Origin: the human T2T-CHM13v2.0 reference genome, Homo sapiens
Assembly (NCBI RefSeq): GCF_009914755.1
Contig: NC_060926.1
DNA: 64,000 nucleotides
Direction: 5' to 3' (one strand)
Shown here: in pieces, positions 39,580 through 53,376 of the stretch
Layout: the number at the start of each line of letters is the position of its first letter
Position numbering within the stretch: the stretch's first letter is position 1
Program-made: the position numbers and the translations under genes
Notes under the pieces: model-generated
Told to the model about the DNA's origin: nothing
What the model saw: only the letters and a program-made list of their open reading frames with translations
The model's database searches: none

Positions 39580-41699
39580 CCCTGAAGTTCAGTGGCTAAA
39601 AAAACTTGGCATCATTTAGCCTAGTGTAGTTAATAGTTGTAGTGGCACTCAGTGTGTTTTCAAATAGGTAATGGGGTCATTAAAGAGTAAGAATGTTTGT
39701 CCAAACAAATGAAAGTTTTAAAATTGAATGCTTCAGCTAAATAAGGTGATTAAATTCCTAATAGATACATTCGAAGCAAAAAATGAGCTGTTTGAAGAAT
39801 AAGATAATGAGCTTCTTTTCATCAACTTAGCAACTAGATTTTCCATCAAGTTACTGATGGAAAATAATTTTGTTAGAGCATATTTTAATGGAGAAGAGAA
39901 GGATAGATTAAAAACTGTTGTATGGTGCAGCGATACTATGGGATGCAGAGGAAAAAACATAGTAAGCCAGACAGAGACACAAACGATCTTTCCTTTCTTA
40001 AGGGGTACGGATCAACTCAACATGCTATGTTCTCTTGTAGACCTTTTTAGAGAAATAATATTATTCTATGGTATTGACTAAGAAAGTGAGGCTACAGTAA
40101 GTGGCAAGGTCTACATATGAAATCAAGGATAGCTTATTGAAAACTTAATGCATTTCACTCTGCACTCACTGTTCAAAAGTCCATGAGACATCCTGATTTA
40201 GTGGAAGGAAGGATAAGAGCAAGCCATGGGAGGATCGCAGGGACCCAGGGTGAGCCCAGTGCTTCTACTCAAAGATCAAGATCCTGCTTGAATGTGCAGG
40301 TGCTCCACTTAGAAGACCTGTTTTCAAACTCTTGCTCTGTATGGATTAATTTAGGTTAATTTTTATCTCTCTAAGTTTTCATTTACAAATTAAAAATTGA
40401 GTTTTTATCAGAATAATTTATAATAATTAGGCAATAAACTTTAGCTGTTATATTGTTCTTTTTATTAAAAATACACCTGGCCTTGATATTTCTGATATTT
40501 CTGGGCATGTGAGTAACCATGGCTCTAACCAGTGTGTTCTATCCTGGGCTTTGATCATGAGCTCTTTCTAAAAGCTCTGATCTGTTCAGTCCCTTAATAA
40601 GAATTGTTTTTGACATAATAAGATCAATTAGATTTTCTTGACATGTGCTTTTTGTCACTAAAGAAGCTTATAGGGAGGTGACAGAAACAATTTTTGCTTT
40701 TTCAACAACAAAGGAAAGCTATAATTATCTGGGCTGATAATTATTGATTTATTGATTTATAGATTTTGGTTTTGTAAAACAGTGGCAAGGGCCTCTTTAT
40801 GTGTACTAGCTGGTTTCGTTAGAGGGACAGAGCCCAATATTCCTGATCAAATTTGACTGGAGGCTGTTGTTAAGGAGCTGCTAATTTTCACCTACTGGTG
40901 GTTCCCATGGTAGGTGCTGGCATTTCTTCCTTGGATAATTACTTAAAATACATTTATGGTAATTAACCAAGCTCAAGGCACTCAGCAGCCCACAGGGCCA
41001 CACTGCCACCCCAGGCTGAGCATGGTCAGAACAGAGCCCATTAGGAAATGACAAAGGAAGGGAGGTGAGGTAGAAACTAAGAAAATGTCATTTATGCATG
41101 AAAATCAAGAAAGGCTGAGTACTCAAGCCTGAGGCCCCAAATAAATTAGAGTGGGTGTAATGAAAATCAGGCAGAGGAATTCAAGGAAATTGAATCCTTA
41201 GTTTCTGCTGCCTGCCTCTGTTTATGTGTCCCTCCTGTAATTGAGTATTCAGAAGCTGATTTTAGTTTTTCCACTGTCACAACAGTCAATTGCATGGTAA
41301 TCCATCATCCCATTTCTGACAAAGTCAGTCTGATTCACATTGGATGCTCTTGATTTCAGGCTGTACAGCATAGTCTCCAGTGTCTGCTCTGTCTTCTACT
41401 GAGCTTCCCCATCCTGTGGCCCGGGCAAGGTATTTGCCTAAAAAGATCACACTTTCTTGTTGGAAACAAAAGGTGCCAGAATCCCAGAGGAGTTCAAGAC
41501 CATTAGCAACTAACATCTAGGTTGTGTGTGTCTCTGTGTGTGTGATCAGAAAGAATGAAAGAGCACAGATGAAAAAACAGCTTTAGCCTGACTGTGCAAC
41601 TCTATATTTTACATTCGGAGAGACTACTTCAATGTCTTTTTCTCCTACCTCTCTTACCCAGGGAACTCACCTGAGGAGGATGTTTATTTTCTCAGTTTT

Positions 41700-43140
41700 T
41701 CTCCAAGAATTCCGAAGCTCACAAACTATGTGGTAGAAGCCAGACTCTCTTTATTCCTGTAGTTGGGCTCACATGTGGTACTTTTTCATGAAAGTTTACG
41801 TCTTTTCTCTTCCTAACCTACCCTTAAACCAGCATTCACACATCACCTTCCACAGTCAGTAGCTACTTGATACATTCCTCATCCCTGTGACTCACAACAC
41901 TTCTACCAAAATATGATGAAGAAATTTCGATAGACTCTGCTCACAGCTGGCTACTTTGAACAGTGTTGCCATAGAGCACGCTACATGGATTTTTCAAAAG
42001 AATCTCAATCCAAACATATTCAAGGGTGAGAGCTCACCACCACTCCCTTCTGTCCCTATGTACATGCCCAAACTCCCCTTATCCCCTTGTCACCTATCTC
42101 CAATATCTCCAAGCTTGGCATTAACATTTCTCCAAGAGAAGAAGCTGACATTTTTCTAACTACTACTTCTCACTTATCTCTCAATGTCCTTCAAGTCCTA
42201 TCCATTCTAACTCTTTTTTGTGTGTGTGTGTGAGATGGAGTCTCGCTCTGTCACCCAGGCTGGAGTGCTGTGTTTCGATCTCTGCTCACTGCAACCTCTG
42301 CCTCCCAAGTAGCTGGGATTACAGGCACCCGCCACCACGCCCAGCTAAGTTTTTGTATTTTCAGTAGAGATAGAGTTTCACCGTGTTAACCAGGAGGGTC
42401 TCGATCTCCTGGCCTCGTGATCCGCCCACCTTGGCTTCCCAAAGTGCTGGAATTACAGGCATGAGCCACCATGCCCGGCCCGTTCTAACTGTTTAATATC
42501 AACAGAATTCTTACTCTCAAGGTGCTGTGACCCCCAGGGCATGATCACCCCATTCATTCCTTGGTGCTGTCCATGGATCTTTCTGTAGCACCTTGTATTA
42601 GAGTCTAGTATCGTCATCCTGGACCTTGAAAACATTAGTCTGTTTACAAGGTTCTGAGGATAAAGCTCAAACATAATTGATCTGGCCTGTCCGGATCTTG
42701 ATGCTGTTTAATTTTTTAAATTCCTCTTTTGCTTTATGTCTTATTAATTTCATGATACATTTACAGAAAAAAATATATTTTCAGTTTCTCAAGTTTTTGT
42801 TCTCCACCCCCTCTCTTTTTTCCTAAGCTTTGGAACATTCTGCCTGAAAGACACTTACTCTCCTCTGACTTGCTAACTCCTTCTCATAATGCTGATCTTA
42901 GTTTGGAGCTCACTCTTCTTGGAAGTGGTCCAAGATTGATTGTTTTGATGTTACACAGCTTACTGTCACATGAATATATCTTTCTGCCGTCCCTGTAGTC
43001 ATCACTGTTAGCATTCTTGCTTATTTCAATGTCTGTTCCCCTGCTCAGTTATCTTCTCTGTGAGCATGATAATCGGTCTGTACAATTACAGTTGTAACTT
43101 CAGTGGTTGGTCCAGGTTTATAATAGGTTTAATTAATGGA
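41700..43140 (+). mobile_element. L2 fragments split by an Alu
   Basis: AATCTCAATCCAAACATATTCAAGGGTGAGAGCTC and a pyrimidine-rich L2-like body. Confidence 0.5.
42214..42480 (-). mobile_element. AluY/AluSc8-like element with internal deletion and (CA)n tail
   Basis: TTTCACCGTGTTAACCAGGAGGGTCTCGATCTCCTG. TSD CATTCTAACTCTTT 42203-42216 / CGTTCTAACTGTTT 42481-42494. Confidence 0.96.
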
Positions 43141-43378
43141 TGCTGTTACAATTATTCTTTCTTCATATTAAAATACTCTACAAGGTATTACCTTTATTTC
43201 CCAGCTTCCAGACTCTTCCAGAAAGTCTGAAGTTAAAGTTAGGAACTGCCCAAGATCAAAAGGTGATTATGTAGTGGAGCTTGTACTAGAGTCAATCTGC
43301 TTCTTATTCTAAATTGCACTCTATTTTACTATAATAAACTGCCTTTCTAATCCATGAAGTGGTATACAGTAAATAGCA

Positions 43379-43875
43379 TGTATGGCATGCTGGACTGTCG
43401 TCTATCAAAGGTATTCACATCCTCATACCCAGAACCTGTGACTATTACTTTATATGGAAAAGGTACTTTGCAGAGGTGATTATTTTAAGGATTTGGGGAT
43501 ACAAAGAAAATCCTGAATTATTTGGGTTGGTGCTGAATATAATCACAAATGTTCTTGTAAGAGGGTGGCAGAAAGATGTTTTACTATAGCAGAGGACGTA
43601 GGAGATATGGTGACAAATGTAAGAGGTTGTAGTTATGTAAGGAAAGGGTCTGAACCCACAATGAATGCAGGTGGCCTCCAAAGCTGGAAAAGGCAAGGGA
43701 ACAGATTCTCTCTTAGAACCTCCAGGGGGAACAAGCCCTGCCAACACCTTGACTTTATCCTGGTGAAGATGTTTTCACACTTATGGCCTCTAGAGTTGTA
43801 AAGTAATAAATTTGTGTTCTTTAAAGCTGGCAAATGTATGGCAACTTGTTACTTCAGCAATAGGAAACTAATACA
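43379..43875 (+). mobile_element. MLT1D/MLT1C MaLR solo LTR
   Basis: CACATCCTCATACCCAGAACCTGTGACTATTAC...GCTGGAAAAGGCAAGGGAACAGATTCTCTCTTAGAACCTCCAG...AATAAATTTGTGTTC...GGAAACTAATACA. Confidence 0.9.
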
Positions 43876-45216
43876 AAGTACAAAAAAATGCAATATACAT
43901 ATATTTGATGCATATGTAAGTAGCATTCTCATTAAATCCAGCCTAAACAGAAGGCCACAAAATTCACTAAAAAGCTAATCAAAAATTACTTTAAAAGTGT
44001 TTGAAATATCAAAATGGCTTATGACTTTCTTCTCATTGTTCTCCAATAACCAATTCCAAAAGAAAGGGGAACAAGAATTGGCCCCTTGCTTTCAAAATAT
44101 TATTTAATAAGATGATAGGATTAGTCCCTGTTATCTCAATAATTGGTTAAATACAATTTGTGGCTTTAAAATTGCTATTGGCCTCCGTGCTTAATTAGAT
44201 TTTACTTTGCAGTATATTAAGGGCACTTACTCAGTAAACTTCAATTAAACAGATTTGTGCTGTATGTCACTTAATCACACTGCACCTGTCTGGTGTCCTG
44301 TTCAATAAGGATAGTGATATAGTTTATATTCTGAAAGCCTCAGCCTAGACAAGCTGTAGTCTACTATTCCCTTCTAGCTGTGAGCACTGATTTTTAGTCT
44401 ACATATTGCCTTTCCTACCTTCTCCTTTGCACTTATTAATCTGCCCTGGCTAAGAAACTGAGTGGTACACTCGGCCATTCTTTCTTTAAAACTCCTCATG
44501 CATCTCTTCTCCAACTAGTTACCTCCCTTGCCAGTGTCTTAATCAAGAGTTTCTTCCTCTCTTATTTGAATTAGTTTTAAGAACATTTTACCTGATGCTC
44601 CAATAGCTCCCTGTGCTCTTAGAAACTCCTTTCAGATACCTCCAAAGCCCTGTATAACTTGTCCCTTATCACACATTCTGGGTCTTGCATATGGTCTCCT
44701 GTCTGGATGTGGAGCCCACCATCTTACCTGAAAAATCAAGCTAAAATCATAACTCCCACATTCTCATCCTGCCTTCCTTGAATTATTTTACTATTCATCT
44801 TACTCTTAGTGGCACTTATCACATTCCAATATATTACATAGTACTTTTTAAAATAGACTTTATTTTAAAGCAACTTTAGGTTCACAGCACAATTAAGCCA
44901 AAGGTACGAGGTATTCCCAAATATCCCTCTGCCCCCACCTACACCCATACCACATTCCGACTATCACCTTCCCTCACCAGAGTAGTACATTTGTTAAAAT
45001 TGGTGCACCTATGTTGACATGTCAGTCTCACCCAAAGTCCAGTTTATAAGGTTCATTTGTGGTATTGTACATTCAATGGGTTAGACAAATGCATAGTGAC
45101 AGGTATCCACCATTATAGTATCAAACAGAATAGTCTATGTATATCGTAAAAATTCTTGGTGCTCCACAGATTTATCCCTAACTCCTGACACTAATGATAA
45201 TTTTACTGTCTCCATA

Positions 45217-47488
45217 TGAATTAGTCTGTTCTCGTGCTGCTATGACAAAAAACTCAAGGCTGGGTAATCTATAAATAAAAGTGGTTTAACTGACTCACAG
45301 TTCCACATGATTGAGAGGCTCCAGGAAACTTACAATCATGGTGGAAGGGGAAGCAAACCATCCTTCTTCACATGGTGGCAGGAGAGAGAATGAGTGCAAG
45401 CAGGAGAAATGCCCAATACTTTTAAAACCATCAGAGTTCATGAGACTCATTGATTATGACAAGAACAGCATGAAGGAAACCACCCCATGATTCAATAACC
45501 TCCACCTGGCTATGCCCTTGACATGTGGGAATTACAGAGACCACAATTAAAGGTGAGATTTCGGTAGGAACACAGAGTCAAACTATAATATTCAGCCCCT
45601 GGTCCCTCCCAAATCTCATGTCCTTACATTTCAAAACACAATTATGCCCTTCCAACAGTCCCCCAAAGTCTTAACTCATTCCAGCATTAACCCAAAGGTC
45701 CAAGTCCAAAGTTTCATCTGTGACAAGGCAAGTTCCTTCCACCTACGAACCTGTAAAATCAAAAGCAAATTACTTCCTAGATACAATGAGAGTACAGGCA
45801 TTGGGTAAATACACTCATTCCAAATAGATGAAATTGGCCAAAGTGAAGGGGCTACAGGCCCCATATAAGTCTGAAATTCAATAGGGCAGTTATTAAACAT
45901 TAAAGTTCCAAAATTATCTCCTTTGACTCCATGTCTCACATCAAGTCCACATTGATGTAAGAGGTGGGCTCCCATGGCTTAGGCACCTCTGACTCTGTGG
46001 CTTTCTTGAGTACAGCCCACCTCCTGGATGATTCACAGGCTGTTGTTGAGTGTCTGCAACTTTTCCAGGCACATGGTGCAAGCTATTGGTGGATCTACCA
46101 TTCTGGGGTCTGGAGAATGATGGCCCTCTTCTCACAGCTCCACTAGGGAGTGCCCCAATGGGGACTCTGTGTGGGGTCTCTGACCCCACATTTCCCTTTG
46201 CCACTGCCCTAGCAGAGGTTCTCCATGAAGGCTCCACCCCTGCAGCAAACTTCTGTCTGGGCATCCAGGCACTTACACATCCTCTGAAATCCAGGTGAAG
46301 GCTCCCCAACCTCAATTCTTGACTTCTGTGCACCCACAGGCCCAACATCACATGCAAGCTGCCAAGGTTTGGGGCTTGCCCCTCTGAAGCAATTGCCCAA
46401 GCTTTACTTTGGCCCCTTTTAGCCATGGCTAGAGCTGAAGCAGCTGAGACGCTGGGCAAAATGTCCCAAGGATGCACAGAGTAGAGGGGCCCTGGGTCTA
46501 GCTCACAAAACTGTTTTTCTTTCCTAAGCATTTGGGCCTGTAATGGGAGGGGCTGCTGTGGAGGTCCCTGATATGCCCTGGAGACATTTTCTCCAATTCT
46601 TGCTGAATAACATTTGGCTCCTCATTACTTATGCAAATTTCTGCAACAGGCTTGAATTTCTCCTTAGAAAATGGGTTTTTCTTTTTTATCACATCATCAG
46701 GCTGCAAATGTTTATGTTCTACTTCTTGAATGCTTTGCTGCATTGAAATTTCTTCTACCAAATATCCTAAATCATCTCTCTCAAGTTAAAAGTTCCATAG
46801 ATCCCTAGGGCAGGGGCAAAATGCCACCAGTCTCTTTGCTAAAGCATAGCAAGAGTCACCTTTGCTCCAGTTCCCGATATGTTCCATATCTCCATCTGAG
46901 ACCGCCTCAGCCTGGACTTAATTGTCCATATCACTATCAGCATTTTGGTCAAAGCCATTCAACAAGTCTCTAGGAAGTTCCAAACTTTACCACATCTTCC
47001 TGTCTTCTTCTGAGCCTTTTGAACTGTTCCAACCTCTGCCTCTTACCCAGTTCCAAAGTTGTTTCCACATTTTCAGGTATTTAAAGTAATACCCCATTTC
47101 TGGTACCAATTTACTCTATTAGTCTGTTCTCACGCTGCTATGAAGAAATACCTGAGAATGAGTAATTTATAAAGAAAACAGGTTTGATTGACTCACAGTT
47201 TCACATGGCCTGGAGGCCTCAGGAAGCTTACAATCATGGTGGAAGGGGAAGCAAACATGTTTTTCTTCATATGGCACCAGGAGAGAAAATGAGTGTAAGC
47301 AGGGGAAATGCCAGATGCTTAAAAAAATCAGATTTCATGAGACTCACTGATTATCATGAAAACAGCATAGGGTAAACCGCCGCTATGATTCAATTACCTC
47401 CACCTGGTCCCACCCTTGACATGTGGGGATTACAGAGATTACAATTCAAGGAGAGATTTAAGTGGGGACATAGAGCCAAACCATTTAA
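45217..47488 (-). mobile_element. Complete THE1D/MST-type MaLR: LTR 45217-45590, internal 45591-47114, LTR 47115-47488
   Basis: Two homologous ~374-bp LTRs and a typical MaLR internal region. Perfect 5-bp TSD CCATA at 45212-45216 and 47489-47493. Confidence 0.95.
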
Positions 47489-47627
47489 CCATAGCTTTGC
47501 CTTTTCCAGAATGTCATTTAGTTGGAATCATACAGTATGTAGACTTTTCCAATTGGCTTTTTCCACTTAGCAGTATGAATTTAAGTTCCCTCTATGTCTT
47601 TTCATGGCTTGATATTTTATTTCTTTT

Positions 47628-49459
47628 TTTTAATTTTAACTTTTATTTTAGGTTCAGGGTACATGTGCATATTTGTTATATAGGTAAACTTGGGTCACAG
47701 GGGTTTGTTTTACAGATGATTTTATCACTCAGTTACTAAGCCTAGTGTTCAACAGTTATGTTTTTGCTCCTCTTCCTCCTCCCAACCTCAACCCTCAAGT
47801 AGGCCACAGTGTCTGTTGTTCCCTTCTTTGTATCCATGTGTTCTCATCCTTTAGTTCCCACTTATAAGTGAGAACATGCAACATTTGGTTTTCTGTTGCT
47901 GCATTAGTTTGCTAAAAATAATGAGCTTCAGTTCCATCAATATTCCCACAAGACACAGAATTTTGTTTTTTTTATGGCTGCATAGTATTCCATGGTGTAT
48001 ATGTACTACATTTTCTTTATTCAATCTGTCATTGATGGGTATGTAGGTTTATTCCATGTCTTTGCTATGGTGAATTCTGCTGCAATGAACATATGAGCAC
48101 AGCGTGCATGTGTCTTTATGGTAGAAGGATTTATACCCTCTGGGTATATACCCAGTAATAGGATTGCTGGGTCAGATGGTAGTTCTGTTTAGCTCTTTGA
48201 GGAATTGTCATAGTACTTTCCACAATGATTAAGCCAATTTACACTCCCACCAACAATGTTTAAGTGTTCTCTTTTATCCACAACCTTACGAGCATCTGTT
48301 CTTTTTTAACTTTTTAATAGTAGGCATTCTGACTGCTGCAGGTGATATCTCATTGTGGGTTTGATTTGCATTTCTCTAATAATCAGTGATGTCAATCTTT
48401 TTCATTTTTGGCTGCATGTATGTCTTCTTTTGAAAAGTGTCTGTTCATGTCCTTTGTCCACTTTTTAATGGGGTTGCTTTTTTTGGAAATTTATGTTCCT
48501 TTATAGATGCTGGATATTAGACCTTTGTAAGATGCATAGTGTGCAAAGTGTGCAAATATATTCTCCCATTCTGTATGTTGTCTGTTCAATTTGTTGATAG
48601 TTTCTTTTGCCGTGTAGAAGCTCATAAGCTGAATTAGATCCCATTTGTCAATTTTTGCTTTTGTTCCATTTGCTTTTGGTGCCTTCGTCATGATATTTTT
48701 GCCCTTTCCCATGTCCAGAGGGGTATTGCCTATGTCGTCTTCTAAGGTTTTTATAGTTTTGGGTTTTACATTTAAGTAATTAATGCATTTTGAGTTAATG
48801 TTTGTATATGGTGTGAGGAAGGAGCCCAGTTTCAATCTTCTGCATATGGCTAGCCAGTTATTACAGTACCTTTTATTAAATAGGAAGTCCTTTCCCAATT
48901 GCTTGTTTTTGTCAGCTTTGTCAAAGAGCAGATGGTTGTAGATGTGTGACATTATTTCTGGGTTCTCTATTCTGTTCCATTGGTTTATGTGCCTTTTTTT
49001 GTACTAGTGCCATGCTGTTTTGGTTACTGTAGCTCTTTAGTACAGTTCGAAATCAGGTAGTGTGATGCTTCCAGGTTTTTTCTTCCTGCTTAGAATTTCC
49101 TTGGCTATTAGGACTCTTTTTCTGCTTCATATAAATTTTAAAATAGCTTTTCCTAGTTCTGTAAAGGATGTCATTGGTAGTTTTTGATAGGAATAGCATT
49201 GAATCTTAATTGCTTTGGGCAGTATGACCATTTCCATGATGTTGATATTTCCTATCCATGAGCATGGGATTTTTTTTATTTGTTTGTGTCATCTCTAATT
49301 TCTTGGAGCAGTGTTTTGTAGTTCTCATTATAGAGATATTTTACCTTTCTTATTAGCTGTATTCCTATTTTATTATTTCTGTGGCCATTGAAAATGGGAC
49401 TGTGGTCCTAATTTGGCTCTCAGTTTGACTGTTGGTGGTGGTGTTTAGGAATGCTAGTG
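47628..49459 (-). mobile_element. 5'-truncated L1PA13-16-type element
   Basis: 3' end AACTTTTATTTTAGGTTCAGGGTACATGTGC. Minus-strand ORF 48491..48952 is ORF2-like. TSD ATTTCTTTT at 47619-47627 and 49460-49468. Confidence 0.9.
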
Positions 49460-50322
49460 ATTTCTTTTCAGCATGAAATAATACCCTATTGTCTATGTAT
49501 GAAAGAGCTTATTCATTCTTTCACCAGCTGAATGATATCTTGGTTGCTTCCAAGTTTTAGCAATTATGAATAAACCTGCTATAAACATCCATGTGCAGGT
49601 TTTGGTGTGGACATAAGTTTTCAATTTATTTGGGTAAATACCAAGAAGTGAGAATGCTGGACATATGGTAAGACTATGTTTAGTTTTTTAAAGAAACTGC
49701 CAAAATGTCTTTCAAAGTGGCTGTACTATTTTAAATACTCAACACCGATGAATGATTATTCTTGTGGTTCCATGTCCTTGCCAGCATTTGGTGGTGTTAG
49801 TGTTTTAGACATTTTTTATTCTAATATGTGTGTAGTGGTATTTGTTTAATTTGTTTAATTTGCAATTCCCTAGTGACATATGATGTTCAGCATATTTTCT
49901 TCTGCTTATTTGCTATATGTAAATCTTCTTTTGTGAAGTATCTCTTCAGATCTTTCTCCCATGTTTTCATTGTGTTGTATGTTTTCTTCTTGTTGAGTTT
50001 TAAGAGTTCTTTGTGTATTTTTGGTGACAGTGGTTTATTAGATATATTTTTGCAAATATATTTTCTCAGTGTATGGTTTGTCTTCTAATTCTCTTGATAA
50101 TGTCTTCAGCAGAGCAGAAATTTTTAATTTTAATGAAGTCTAGCTTATACATTATTTATTTCATGAATCATGCCTTTGGTATTGTATCTAAAAAGTTATT
50201 TTCATACCCACAATTATCTAGATTTTCTCCTATTTTATACTATAGGAGTTTTATGTCTTTGAATTTTAAATTTAAGTCTATGATCCTTCTGGAGATAATT
50301 TTTTGAGGTATATAAGGTCTGT

Positions 50323-50410
50323 ATCTTTCTTTCTTCTTTCTTTCTTTCTTTTTTTCTCTTTCTTTCTTTCCTTTCTTCCTCTCTCTTTTCCTTTTCCCTT
50401 CCTTTTTTTA
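50323..50410. repeat. (TTTC)n-like pyrimidine tract
   Basis: Directly visible. Confidence 0.85.
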
Positions 50411-51489
50411 ACTTGTAGTTTGTCGATCTGTCCCAGATCATTTGTTTAAATGACCATGGTTTATCCAAAGTATCTTTATCATATATTATTAGTTGACTAT
50501 ATCTATAGAGTTTATTTCTCAAAGTTCTATTCTGTTTCAATGACCCATTTGTCTATTTTTTACTAATACCATACTCTCTTGATTACTGTACCTTTATAGT
50601 AAGTCTTAAAATGAGATAGTCTCTTTTTCTTCTCCTTCAATATTGAGTTTGCATCTCCACGTAAACTTTAGAATTGGTTTGCTAGTATCCAGGAAATAAA
50701 TTGTTAGGATTTAATTTAGATTACATTGCATCCACAGATCAAATTGGAAAAAAAAAGTCTTTGATGATTTTGTCAGATCCTTTCTTCTGCATCTATTAAC
50801 ATGAATATGTGATTTTTCCAATTGATTTGATGAACTATAGGAATTTATTTTCTAAGATTGAATCAGCCTTGAATAGCTGGGATATATCCCTCTAGGTCAT
50901 GGTGTAATTCTTTTTACATACCGTTGGCTTCAATTTTCTAACATTTTGTTGAGGATTTTTGCACCAATGTTTATGAGAGATACTGGTCTGTAATTTTCTC
51001 GTATGTCTTTTTCCAGTTTTGGTACTCGGGTAGTGTTGATCTCATAGAATGAGTTGGAAAGCATTACTTCTGCTTTTATCTTCTGGGAGTGATTATAGAG
51101 AATTGGTATAAATTTGTCTTTAAGTGTTCAGTAGAGTGTACCAGTGAACCCATCTATGCTTGATGTTTCATTTTGAAAGGTTATTTACTATTGATTCAAT
51201 TTATTTAACAGATGAACTTCTACTCAGACTGTCTATTTCTTCTTGTGTAACTTTTGGCAGGTTGTCTTTCAAGGAATTGGTTTATTTCATCCAAGTTATC
51301 AAATTTGTGGGCATGTAATTGTTCATAGTATTGTTTATTTGTCTTCTAATGGCAGTGGAATCTATAGTGATGTCTTCTCTTTCATTTCTGAGGTGCGTAA
51401 TTGTATCGTCTCTTATTTTTTCTTAGTTATCCTAGCTAGAGGTTTATCAACTTTATTGACCTTTTCAAATAATCAGCTTTTTGTTGATT

Positions 51490-51645
51490 TCCCTTTTTCT
51501 TTTTTTCTTCCTTCCTTCTTTCTAAAATTGATATATTGTAAGTGTTCATATTTATGGGATACAGTGTGACGTTTCAATACATATCTGTATTATATAATGA
51601 TTCAGAGTAGTTAGTGTATCCATTACCTTGTACACTTACTATTTT
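51490..51645 (-). mobile_element. Short L1MA-type 3' end nested in L1MC1
   Basis: AAATTGATATATTGTAAGTGTTCATATTTATGGGATACAGTGTGACGTTTCAATACAT follows a T-rich tail. Confidence 0.65.
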
Positions 51646-52744
51646 TTTAATTTCTTTTTTCCATTTTATTTAATTCTACTCAAAATTTTATTATGTCTTT
51701 TTTCCACTTCATCTATAATTAAAGAATTCTTTTTCTAGTTTCCTAAAGTGGAATCTTTAATCATTGATTTTATATCTGTCTTCTTTTGTAATCTGTGCAT
51801 TCAATGCTATAAATTTATCTCTTACCACTGATTTTTCTGTATCTCACAAATTTTGAAAGTTGTATTTTCATTTTTTTAGTTAAACAGTTTTTGAATTTTT
51901 TTGATACTTATTTTTTGACTCTTAAGTTACTTAGAGGTATGACGTTTAATCTCCAACTTTTTGGAATTTTTCTAGCTATCCTTCTATTATTGATTTCTAG
52001 TTTAATTCCATTGTCGACTGAGAGAATACATTTTATGATTTCTATTCTTTTAAATTTGTTAAGGTGTGTTTTATGGGCAAGAATGTGGTCTATGTAGTTT
52101 AATGTTCCATGTGAGCTTGAGAAAAATGTACACACTGCTGTTGTTGAAGGAAGTAGTCTATAGACTATTCAATTATATACAGTTGATTGATGGTGTTGAG
52201 TTCAACTCTGTCCTTACTGATTTCCTGCCTGCTGGATCTATCTATTTCTGATAGAGGGGTGTTGATGTCTCCAACAATAATACTGGATTAATCTATTTCT
52301 CCTTGCAGTTCTGAGTTTTTGCCTAAAACATTTTGACATGTTGATGTTAAAGGCTTTCACATAAAGAATTGCTACATTTTGTTTCAGAATTTACTACTTT
52401 ATTGGTATTTAATATTTCTCTTTATTCCTCCAACTTTCTTTGTTCTAAGGTCTATTCTGTCTGAAATTAATATAGCGACACCAGCTTTTTAAAAATTAGT
52501 GTTGGCATAATTATCTTTCTTCAGTCTCTACTTTTAATGTATATTTGTCTTTACATTTAACACAAGTATAGTCTAGTCATTAGGTCTCAGTCTTATTTTT
52601 TTAATACTGTATTCCTAGTTCACTGAAAAGTATCTACGTAATAGGAATGTAAAGATATTGGTTAAATAAACAATCCTGCAACCATTTTTTTTTAACTCAG
52701 TGCAATCATATGACACACTTTATCTTTCAAAATAAGCCAAACAT

Positions 52745-53376
52745 TGAAGCTGAGGGCAAACATAATTAGGGTCATCAAATTTTAACCTGCTTCACTTGCT
52801 TTTAGCTGGTTTAATAGTTTTGTAATATCACTAAGTCTAAATGTTATGTAGCTAAGCAATGTATCACAAGACTCCCTTCTGCTTCCCTATAGATAACATC
52901 TCTGAAGTATGGATAATAATGGTGATGGTTTCCTAAGTTGTTTTTCAGAAACTCGGCGTCAGCTCTTAAGTAGTTCATGCCAGCTGAGACCACTGATCTA
53001 TCAACTTGGCCTGGATGAATGATGGGTGACCTTTTGATGTCAGAGGGCAGAAAGCTTCACCCTCAGATCATGCTAATGCTGCCATTTTTCAAACACGCAT
53101 CCTACGAAGAGCTATAAAGTTTAACTACCCTTGGGCAGAACACTGATTACCTCATTTTTTCTAACCTGCAATCACCCTACCCCATGCCTCAGATCACCCT
53201 GCTCCTCTATCTCATAAATATCCCTAAACCCCATCTTTGGAGAGGTAGATTTGAGACCTGTTCTGTCATCTCCTTGTTTGGCTGCCACATGAATACACAC
53301 CTCCACCACTGTAAAACTTGTTATCTCAGTGATTGGCACACTGCACAGCAGGCAAAATGGGCCTGGTTTAGTAACA
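52745..53376 (+). mobile_element. MER4-group ERV1 solo LTR (subfamily uncertain)
   Basis: TG...GTAACA termini with 4-bp TSD ACAT (52741-52744, 53377-53380). Internal motif GACCTTTTGATGTCAGAGGGC...CACCCTCAGATCATGCTAATGCTGCCATTTT. TATA-like CATAAATA near 53213. Confidence 0.8.

Larger units (their letters stand above)
44845..52560 (-). mobile_element. L1MC1-like element, host of several nested insertions
   Basis: 3' end AATAGACTTTATTTTAAAGCAACTTTAGGTTCACAGCAC. The sequence resumes colinearly across the MaLR (CTGTCTCCATA|GCTTTGCCTTTTCCAGAATGTCAT) and across the L1PA. Minus-strand ORF 51908..52135 is endonuclease-like (IDHILAHKTHLNKFK). Confidence 0.85.

Noticed and set aside
45676-46761. Long ORFs (up to 196 aa) as a possible gene
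   Set aside because: They lie wholly inside the MaLR internal region, mostly start at non-ATG codons and occur in conflicting frames.
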